A DNA stretch of 64,000 nucleotides from Diplonema japonicum (lineage: Eukaryota; Protista; Euglenozoa: Diplonemea): the NCBI GenBank assembly GCA_964019335.1, contig OZ025725.1, forward strand, positions 124,001 to 188,000, written 5' to 3'. Position 1 is the stretch's first letter. The number at the start of each line of letters is the position of its first letter. Position numbers and translations under genes: made by a program. The notes under the pieces were generated by a model. The model was given only the letters and a program-made list of their open reading frames with translations. It was not told the origin of the DNA and searched no databases. Below, piece by piece: positions 55,254 to 64,000 of this stretch.

Positions 55254-55418
55254 GCAGATGCTCAGGGTGACGAACAGGCAGCAAACTGCACGAGCGCAGA
55301 ATCTTGGTTACCCGGGACGCCCCGGCTAGGGTTGAGCACACCGCATGCATTAAGGACACGACGCGGAACGCAGAAGAAGCTACTGCTCGGCCGTGGAGCG
55401 CCCCCTGTAATCAAGTAG
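55254..55418. repeat. About 165-bp dispersed repeat, partner of 49855-50022
   Basis: Direct sequence comparison. Confidence 0.85.
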
Positions 55419-55712
55419 GTATTTCGTGCTTCGTTGCACGCTTAACGCCACCTAGTGTTGCAATCAAAGCCCCATTTTTTTTTTTCTTTTGCCTTTTTCA
55501 AATTTTCTGCCGTCCCCCTTTTTTTTCCATCTTTTGTTTTCCCCACCGACCTCAACTATTTTCTCCTTTTTTTCTTCTTCTTTTTTTTTTTTTTTTTTTT
55601 TCCTTTTTTTTTTTGCCCACCCACCCACTTTTTTCCTTCGACCCCCCCCTTTTTTTTCCTTCTTATTTCCTTCTCTTAAACAAAATACATTTGGTTTTCC
55701 TACATGTTTTCT

Positions 55713-55743
<31 letters not shown>

Positions 55744-55863
55744 CTTTTTTTTTTTTTTTTAAATTTTTTTTAAACCCCCATTTTCCCTTGTAATCCTCAT
55801 CCCCAGGCTGTGCGGGGTGGCGGGAGGGAGGGAGGAGGGGAGTACATACAAGGGAGAGAGACT

Positions 55864-57809
55864 ATGCCGCATATAATATTATCAGCGATAATCAGCATCG
55901 GGGTCCTCGGAACGAGCCCGCATTGCAACCCTATGTTCTGCAACTGCCCACTATCAGAGACCGTGTCACCAAATGTGGTTGAAATATCTGCTCTACTGAG
56001 ATACATGAGGAGCAACCAGGGCATGCCATTGTCATACCTCACTCCCATGTCATACTGGAACACCTACAACCAGATAGGAGGAAGCCCGGAACGAAGGGTA
56101 CAAAAGGCTTTCGGACTGGACCTGAAATCAAGCGGAGCATTGATGCTAGCATACGGCCTACAGAGAGGGTGGTCCTCAGGGCAACAAATCGTCGACATCG
56201 TCGGGATGTTGAAAGGCAACTACACAGCGATACACGGAAATGGAGAACAATGGTTATACGGGGAGGTGTACCAGAAGTACAACGACTGCGGTGACAAGTG
56301 CGGTTTGTACATGCAAAGTATTTCAGATAGACCAGCATGGCCGGATCCGGTTAGGGTTGGAAAAAAATTATGTCAATTCTGGTCATGCCCGAGGTTTAAT
56401 TTCACTTCCGACCCGCCACAGCTGCGTGCAACGGTGTGGGCTGGGATGATCGGCCCTCTTCAGCTAGCATGGATGCAGTACGTAGCTGCAGAAGGGGGTA
56501 CAATCCCCCCTGGTACCCCCGCCATACAAATGGTGATGGATTTGATCGACTCGATCTTCGGTTCGACTGCGACCATCGGGGGTTTTTACGAATCCCCGGT
56601 ACTTGCTTACGGCGAGCCGCTTGTTATAAACATAGCCTCCAACCTTGCCTTTCAGTCCGCCATCACAATGGCCCGCATCATCTCCGTCCAAACAGCCAAC
56701 ACTGGCCTCACCGCCAAGCTCGACAACACGCTGCTTTCGTGTCAACGCCTCTTTGAAGGGAGGGACGCCAACAACTCCTTTATCGCATGGGATTCAACCA
56801 TCGGGGTATTCAGGGAATCCATCACTATATTGGACCCCACCAACGCGCCAGAGGAGCCCACCTACGCTTCTCAATGGGGCTTGGAGGCCCAGCTTGTCGG
56901 GTTGAACTCGTACGGCATCCAGCTGCAGCGCATGTTTGATAGAAATGAAGACGCGCCATTGAACTTGTGGGCTGCGGTGTGTGCCCCCTGATTTAAATAA
57001 AATAAAATAAAAAAAAAATAAAAAAAAATAAAAAAAAAAAGGTTAAATCAAAGTTTGGGCACTTTAACGGCGACAGCGTTTTGATCGGGTTTGGGGAGGA
57101 CCCGACAGGACCGGTTGTGACATTGGTATGAGGGAAAAAAAAAAAAAAAAAAAAAAAATCCACATCCGTAGACGACGATGTTAGGCATTTCTGCAGGTGC
57201 GAAGTTGTCGCGTGACTACGAGACGGTCAACCCGGATGCCTCTGCGATGATCGCAAAGGACGTTTATAACATGAGGAACAACATTCTAGGCCTGCAGGCG
57301 TACGGGTGCAAGGTCCGGCAGAACGCCACCATCGCTGAGAACAGCACCTTCGCGACCACGGGTCCGGCGAAGTTCGGGTATCTCGCCACCGTGAAGCTCA
57401 CTGTAGGGTCAGACCAGGAGCTGCAGACCCCACTCATGGCAGATGACAAACCTCCGTTTGTCTCACTGGAGGAGGCGTCGTGGGCTATGATCCTGAACGC
57501 GGTTTACGACGACAACTCTCAATTCAACCCATTTGTGTTGACAAACAATTTGCCGGGTCCGATAAGCACTCCTGGTATGTGGGGGAGAGAAGAAAAAAAA
57601 AAAAAAAAAAACATACAGCCCCCACCGGTACCTCCAGTGAAAACTGGTTTGCGAATAACTGGGGTTTCATCGTCGGTGGGATCAGTGCTTTCGTCGCCGT
57701 TGTCATCTCTGTCGGCAAGGCGGTTCAACTGCGCCGTGTTAGGTTGAAGTACCGAGACCTTCGGGCAGCGCAAGAAAGCCACAAAGGCCAAAATCTTGGG
57801 TTTTTCTGA
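55864..57809 (+). CDS. Type I membrane glycoprotein resembling trypanosomatid Golgi/lysosome glycoprotein GLP-1; multi-exon
   Basis: Signal peptide; PLSY, WAGMIGPLQ, IGGFY motifs recalled from that family; C-terminal TM (WGFIVGGISAFVAVVI) and short tail. Confidence 0.55.
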
Positions 57810-58690
57810 GGGGAAATGCCAATTTTTCTAAAAAAACTTTCTCAGCCGACCTTCACAAGATTTTCTCCCTCTAGGTCTTTTTGCCTGACGGCTTAGCATG
57901 ACAGGTTTTTGAGAGATATGGTGCGGAAAAACCCCCCCCATCTCCCCCTAAAATCTTTCCTCTTTCCCCCTTCAACTTTCGTGCGTGGTTTTGCTACTTA
58001 TGGAGCCCCCCCCCAAGAAAAAAGAAAGGAGGAAAGCTTTTTGTATCTTCGTGTGGCAGAATAAATAACTTGATAGATGAACAATGTAAAAAGAAAAAGA
58101 GAAAGAAAAAAAAGGGGGGGTGCATAAGGGGCAAGGGTTGGGTTTTGTTCTTTTTCTTCTTCAATTTTGTTGAAAACAAAAAAAGAAGAAATGTTCGGTG
58201 TTGTAAAAAAAAAGAAAAAGAAGAACAAAAAGAAGGAACTAGCTTCTTGATTTCTTTTCTCTTTTTTTTTCTCTTCTTTTTTTTTCGGCGATCCTGTCAC
58301 ATACTGCAGGTTCCCTTCAAAGACATCTTTTTTCTCTTCTTCTTTGGTACGAGTAAATTTAGGGGGGGGGTTGTCAAGCAAGAAAAAAAGGAAATGCTAC
58401 CCCCCTTTTATGCTGTTCAGTATTTACCCTGTTTCACTCTATACATTTTTCTTTCCTTTTTTTCCCCCACCCCTACTGCAAACTAAAGTGCCAAAAGTAC
58501 TGCCTTGTCATAAGGCTATCTCTGTTGTCCCCCTTTACGTGTCCATCCATTTTATTGCTAGCGCGTTCTCTCCAAATTCGGAAAAAAAAAAAAAAAAAAA
58601 AAGTTTAGTTTTTTTTTTTTTTTTTCTATGTTTATTTCTTTATCTCCGTGAAGAAAAAACTGGTACCATTTGCAACATTGATCAGCCACG

Positions 58691-58722
<32 letters not shown>

Positions 58723-58726
<4 letters not shown>

Positions 58727-59322
58727 GCACCCAACTGGAAGATAACCCCTGGGCCCCCGCAGGGAGCGACGTCGACTCAAAGGGAAGGGTCGTGATCCGG
58801 CAGCGGCGGTTAGATATCGGCACGGAAGTGGAAGTGGGAGACAAAACAGGCATCGTAGTGGGTAGACAAGGAGCTCTCTACAACATACATATCCCAGGGG
58901 AGTACGGAGGCGACGAATGCGACGCGGAACTAGATGATATGGTTGTACTCGAGAGAGCCGTATACCCCCTCCCTGCTCCTGCCGAGGGGTCCACTGCCAT
59001 CAACAGCCTTGAAGCCATTCGCATAAGTCATCTTGAGGAGCCGTTTACACATCTCAACGGTATTTATAAGAGAATGGGGGTCACGGGGACCGGGAAGTTC
59101 GAGCTCCACCACACCTCCGCCGACGTGTCTTCGGTCTGGAGGGATCCCCGCACCGCTCGCTGGCGTTTGGCTAACAGTGAAGACATCACACAGGGCTGGC
59201 TCTTTTCGTCTCCCACAATCCTCGGCCATTGGTCCCCCGACCCCTCTGCTTCGGACGCCACATGTGTGGCAGGCACGGTCTACCCTTATATATCCCGGGC
59301 AGACAGTAAAGGTGGGATGTAA
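58723..59322 (+). CDS. Hypothetical protein with possible SH3/KOW-like N-terminal barrel
   Basis: Clean ORF after an A-tract; IGTEVEV...GIVVG. Confidence 0.6.
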
Positions 59323-59436
59323 GATAGAATAAAAGAACTAAGTATCGACTCTTTTTTTTTTCATCCCCTTCATCCCCCTCCATTTTTGTCGTTCAGAGGA
59401 GGGGAAGAAATAATAATAATAATAATAATAAAAAAA

Positions 59437-61695
59437 ATGTTTGCGCGCAGCCTGTTGCTGCTTTCGTGCGTTGCTTTGATGCAGTGCAGCCTTGAAGTCA
59501 ATGTGCAGCCCACAGGAGCTTACAGCGTGCTTGTGAATGGGAAGACATGGCTTCAAAGCGGGAAGACGGAGTTCTTTGAAGGCGGTGTGTGGTCGTCGCC
59601 TGTACCTGTTGTGCAGCCCACCACGCGGGGCTTCGACACCACTCTGGGCGCAGGGTTCAACCAAACGGTTCTCACCTATACGACCCCCGCCTACTCTGTG
59701 AACGCCATCGTCAGGCAGTACGATAGGGAGGACCTAGTCTCGTTCACGACAAACTTCACGACTGGGATGAAGGGGAGCAACGCAGGTACATCTGCCGACA
59801 CAACCTCTTCAAGATTCCCTTCCTTCCAGCTTCAGAAGCCTGCTGGAGCCAACCTCGGGTGCATGGCATGGGGCGGCACATTCATCAACAACGGCAACTC
59901 CGGGCCTGCCATCGGTTCCTGGCCGGGTACTACATCGACAGGCAAGGACGGTGGCCCGCACACTCTCTTCGACCTGGACAGCACTGATGCCATCGTCCTC
60001 ACGCACGGTAGCCAGTTCATGTCACAGAGCTTTGAGTCGGTTAATGGCAACCTTGCTTCCGGTGTTATGGGCGGTGTTACAAATATCCCTGCTGGCTTCA
60101 GCGTCAGCACCATCATCACTTACAGCGGGAACGGTGCAAACAACGCCATGACGCAGTGGGGCGCAAAGTTGATGCAGATGTACGGGAAGACCACCGCACT
60201 CCGCGACAGCGACCCCATCCTCAGCGTGCTGGGCTACAATTCTGACCACGGTGCTTACTACTACTACCATCCCGCCCCGAATATGACGCTGGGTGGCACC
60301 ATGCTCGCGGTTCACGCGGAGGCGATGAAACAGCAGATTCCTTACAAGTACATCCTCCTCGACTCCTGGTGGTATTTCAAGGGCTCGCAGAACGGTGTTG
60401 TGAACTGGACCGCGACCCCGCAGACTTTCCCTCCCGGCGGGGACAACGCCCTGAAGTCCTTTACAGAAGCGACAAACTGGATGGTGATCGGGCACAACAG
60501 GTACTGGGACCACAGCACAACCTACTCTGTCCACAACGGGGGCAAGTTCAACTTTTCGGACGACGGCAGCAGCCACTATGTGGTGCCGCTGACGAAGGAC
60601 TTCTGGGACTTCTTGATGCAGAAGAGTAAAGCGTGGGGCCTCACGACCTACGAGCAAGACTGGCTGTACAACGAGTTCAACAACGTGCCTTACTTGCAAC
60701 AGAGCGCGACAATGGCAAGAGAGTGGCTCATGCAGATGGGCAACGCTGCCGCAAAGAACGGCCTCACAGTGCAGTACTGCATGCCGTACCCAAGACACGT
60801 GCTGCAGTCCGTTGAGATCCCTGCTGTGACGCAAGTTAGGGCGAGCGACGACTACGTCCCTGGCGGCGACAAGGCACCGGGCAACTGGAACCTCGGTGGG
60901 TCGTCCATCCTGGCGCATGCCTTGGCCTTGGCACCGTTTAAAGACAACTTCTGGACGTCTACCCAAGAACCCGGTGGGTCATGCGGCAGCACCACGAACC
61001 CCGATGTGTGGAGGGCTGCTGCTGTGGCAACCCTGTCGAACGGCCCGGTGACGCCTGGCGACGGCATGCAGTACATGAACAAGAGCATGATCATGAGGGC
61101 TTGTTCTGAGGACGGGACGCTGCTGAGGCCTGCAAGGCCCATCACATACCTCGACTCTTACATCTACAAACGTGCAGGAGGCGCGGGCCCTGATGGGCAT
61201 GTGTGGTCCACCTACACCACCGTCTCTGAGCAGAGGTACGAAATCGTACTGTCAATGGTAACGACCGATTACCAACTGAAGCCTTCCGAGCTGACTCTGG
61301 ACAGAAAGACCGGAGTAACTGCAGCTGGGGTATATTACACGAGAGACACAAAGTCCTTCACGGGTTTGGTGGTTGCCCCGTTGAACCTTGCAGGTTCTGG
61401 TATCCCTTTGACGCCGCCGCAGAGTGAGAATGACTTCCATCTCACGTACGTGGCGCCTCTTCAATCCAACGGCTGGGCCCTCTTGGGAGAGCTTTCAAAG
61501 TGGGTCCCAGTGTCCTCGCAGCGTGTCACTTCGGTGGCCGTCAACGGTGACAACATCGAGGCAACCGTGAAGGGGGCCAACCACGAGACTGTCATTCTTA
61601 CCTTTTATAAAACACAGCCTGTGGAGGTACACTGCACACTTCCTTCGTCAGGTGTCGTTGTCCTTACGTCGAGCGGGTCGTGCAAGTCGCAATGA
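59437..61695 (+). CDS. Secreted glycoside hydrolase, probably clan-D/GH36-like
   Basis: Signal peptide; LLDSWWY, YEQDWL, QYCM, RASDDY, LLGELSKWVPVS; intronless. Confidence 0.7.
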   Translation: MFARSLLLLSCVALMQCSLEVNVQPTGAYSVLVNGKTWLQSGKTEFFEGGVWSSPVPVVQPTTRGFDTTLGAGFNQTVLTYTTPAYSVNAIVRQYDREDLVSFTTNFTTGMKGSNAGTSADTTSSRFPSFQLQKPAGANLGCMAWGGTFINNGNSGPAIGSWPGTTSTGKDGGPHTLFDLDSTDAIVLTHGSQFMSQSFESVNGNLASGVMGGVTNIPAGFSVSTIITYSGNGANNAMTQWGAKLMQMYGKTTALRDSDPILSVLGYNSDHGAYYYYHPAPNMTLGGTMLAVHAEAMKQQIPYKYILLDSWWYFKGSQNGVVNWTATPQTFPPGGDNALKSFTEATNWMVIGHNRYWDHSTTYSVHNGGKFNFSDDGSSHYVVPLTKDFWDFLMQKSKAWGLTTYEQDWLYNEFNNVPYLQQSATMAREWLMQMGNAAAKNGLTVQYCMPYPRHVLQSVEIPAVTQVRASDDYVPGGDKAPGNWNLGGSSILAHALALAPFKDNFWTSTQEPGGSCGSTTNPDVWRAAAVATLSNGPVTPGDGMQYMNKSMIMRACSEDGTLLRPARPITYLDSYIYKRAGGAGPDGHVWSTYTTVSEQRYEIVLSMVTTDYQLKPSELTLDRKTGVTAAGVYYTRDTKSFTGLVVAPLNLAGSGIPLTPPQSENDFHLTYVAPLQSNGWALLGELSKWVPVSSQRVTSVAVNGDNIEATVKGANHETVILTFYKTQPVEVHCTLPSSGVVVLTSSGSCKSQ

Positions 61696-62152
61696 GTACT
61701 ATGATAAATGAAGAAGGGGTTCTTTTTTTTTTTTTTTCTTCTTTTTGCCCAGAAAGGTGTGACCCACAGATTCGCAGCGGGCGGTCACTTTTTTTTTATC
61801 GTTTTTCCTGTTCTTTTTGTAACAGGGGAAAATACCATTCCAACGTTTGTCTTTTCATCCCCTCCCCTTTACCCTTACTTCTCTCTCTCTCTCTCTCCTG
61901 TTGTCCCCGCCGTGGTGGGGAAAACCAAACAATGAAGAAAAAAAAAAAAGAAAAAGAAAACTCGAATGGGGTTTCCAGTCATTTTTTTTTTTTTATTATT
62001 TGCTCGGCCGAGGTGCGCCCCACTGTAATCGAGAATACAATGCTTGTACAGGGCGCCGGAAACACTGGCCTATTTTTTTCTAAATATTCTTTTGCGGTGT
62101 TTTTGAAAAGGGTCAAAAAAAAAAAAAAAAAAAAGAAAAAAGGTGGGGGTAA

Positions 62153-62755
62153 ATGCAGTGGGTGCCGCAGAACGAGCAGCAGCCGCAACATGCAGACGAG
62201 GAAGCCTTACCAGGAGAGAGAAGCAAGAGTGTGGAAGAGGTCTCGGAGGAGGCGCTAGACAGCATCGCAAAGACACTCCCGCAACTGATAGAGGGAATGA
62301 AGAGGGAGCTGGCCTTAAAGGATGAGATGATCAAGAAGCTAAGGGAGAGGAACGGGGAGATCTTGTGGAACCCAGTGTGTCAACCGAGCACGGAGGCGTC
62401 CACGGGTGATGGCGACGAACGAGGAGAGGACATCGATTCCTTTTTAGATGAGATTGCTGAGCAGCGAAAGCAACCACCCATCCCACCCAACCCGCCCCTC
62501 TACCCTCCTGGCTCTGTTATTCAAGGCAGGCACGGTGGTGCTGTTTTCGCTGAATGCACGGTGCAGTCCATCACCCCTGTTCCCAAGACCACCACCTACT
62601 TGTACTCAGTTCGTTGGTCTCCGCAACACGGAGGTGGTATTTCTACCCATGTTCCCGAGTCTGAGCTCAGGGCCATCCCCACCGTCCCCAAGTCACATAC
62701 ACGGCCACCGGCTTCGAAATTTCAAATGCCGAATTTTGAAACTTTTGAAAAATAG
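62153..62755 (+). CDS. Hypothetical coiled-coil protein with possible Tudor-like C-terminus
   Basis: Clean 200-aa ORF; YSVRW...VPESELR. Confidence 0.6.
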   Translation: MQWVPQNEQQPQHADEEALPGERSKSVEEVSEEALDSIAKTLPQLIEGMKRELALKDEMIKKLRERNGEILWNPVCQPSTEASTGDGDERGEDIDSFLDEIAEQRKQPPIPPNPPLYPPGSVIQGRHGGAVFAECTVQSITPVPKTTTYLYSVRWSPQHGGGISTHVPESELRAIPTVPKSHTRPPASKFQMPNFETFEK

Positions 62756-62832
62756 AAAAAGAAAAAAAAAAAAAAAAAAGAGAACGAAAGGCGCAGTTTT
62801 CCTGGCCCCCTGGCGCCCCTCCCCCCTGCGAA

Positions 62833-62863
<31 letters not shown>

Positions 62864-63001
62864 CCTTCTCTTTCTCCTTCTCATTCCCCCACCCTTTAAG
62901 TACGTAAACACAACGCAGTATATCGAAAAAAAAATAAAAATAGTGCTTTTTTTTTTTGTGTCTTTATAAGAAAGACAATGTGAATACACTTGGCGGTTAC
63001 G

Positions 63002-64000
63002 ATGTCTGAGTGGTCAAGAACACATGCTGTGAAGGTTTTTTCGGATCTGTTCGATGAGCAGAAGGCAAAGGAGCAAGTGCCGAGGCTCTTGCGGGCGTGT
63101 GACCTCGCAGGGGTAGGGTACGACACCATGTACAGGAGGCTCATGTTAATGCGGCCGTTGAGCCCTGCGCCTGAGACGCCTAGCAGCTCCCCATGCGGGA
63201 GTAGTGTGCAACTGACAGAGAGCGAAGGGGGGGAAGGGGAGGAAGCACCACTCCCTGTGACGGGCTGCTGGAAGGAGCGAGTGGATAACCTCTGCTCCCG
63301 TTACGACATTTCACGCAGCTACGCCCACGAACTCCTTATGACGACAAACGGGCACGCAGGGAAGGCCTCCCGTCTCATAACACAGAACCCACCCCCCTCA
63401 CCCTCACCATCACTGCTCTCTTCCGAGTCTCCTAACGGGTCTCCTCTCGCCCGTACGCAGTCCGCATATCCGTCGCATTCCAACTATTCAATGCCGCCTT
63501 CGTCCCGTCTCCCTCCCACCTCCTACGCCCCCATCTCAGAAGGGATGCCCACCATTCCTGACACTATTGTAAGCGATCTTATATCGGAGACGGAGGAGTC
63601 CTCCGCGCCGCAAGAAGAAGGAATCTGTACCGTAGAGGTGATGGACAGTATTGGCACAACACCGTCGGGGAGGTATCTCATGTGCTACAGGAAGAAGTGG
63701 GGGTGTGTGGCGTTCTTCGACGTGGGGATCGAGTTCGAAGGGGAGAAGCCTTCGTGGGACGAGCTCACAGACTACACACCGATCGCAACGGTGCTGTTCG
63801 TGGAGCTAGGCAACGTGGAATACAAAGAAGAGACAGACCAACAGGTGGGGCAACGAAACTCTCTGTCGCCGAAACACAGATCGCGAGGATCCACAATGTC
63901 ATGCATTGCAAGGCTGGTAGGCGTGCTAGGACAGGTTAGGTTGAGATTGCAACCCTTGGACTACATGGACACCTGTGAAAACCTGCAGAGTTGTATCGTA
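63002..64000 (+). CDS. Hypothetical protein running off the window (UBA-like segment, Ser/Pro-rich)
   Basis: Frame appears open from ATG 63002 to the window end; YAHELLMTTNGHAGKA. Confidence 0.55.
   Translation, partial: MSEWSRTHAVKVFSDLFDEQKAKEQVPRLLRACDLAGVGYDTMYRRLMLMRPLSPAPETPSSSPCGSSVQLTESEGGEGEEAPLPVTGCWKERVDNLCSRYDISRSYAHELLMTTNGHAGKASRLITQNPPPSPSPSLLSSESPNGSPLARTQSAYPSHSNYSMPPSSRLPPTSYAPISEGMPTIPDTIVSDLISETEESSAPQEEGICTVEVMDSIGTTPSGRYLMCYRKKWGCVAFFDVGIEFEGEKPSWDELTDYTPIATVLFVELGNVEYKEETDQQVGQRNSLSPKHRSRGSTMSCIARLVGVLGQVRLRLQPLDYMDTCENLQSCIV

Overview
Eukaryotic nuclear DNA, most likely a diplonemid (Euglenozoa): an embedded spliced-leader (SL) sequence is diplonemid-like, and U2 and tRNA-Arg look euglenozoan. 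All recognisable genes are on the + strand, as in a polycistronic cluster, with homopolymer-rich spacers and short, often A-rich GT-AG introns. Host genes: METTL6-like, PARG, GH81 glucanase, a divergent NOX/ferric reductase, IFT172, a WW-PH-PH protein, a PPR-like protein, Gemin2, an SH3BGR/glutaredoxin-like protein, a GLP-1-like protein and a GH36-like hydrolase. The main story is three non-LTR retrotransposons. Two related APE-RT-RNaseH (Ingi-like) elements sit in 8-10 kb host introns. Each ends its poly(A) exactly 12 nt upstream of a tRNA or tRNA-like gene despite unrelated spacer sequences, which suggests position-specific Pol III targeting. One copy begins with the SL. Both join ORF1 to ORF2 through an in-frame UGA, a covarying stem-loop, a conserved linker and a 2A-like NPGP motif, and share a covarying structured 3' UTR. 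The third element has an OTU-like ORF1 and the exact tobamovirus read-through signal CAA-UAG-CAA-UUA. One giant intron also holds two identical aberrant tRNA-like genes and a variant U2 snRNA. Exon structures and family calls were made by eye; no searches were run.
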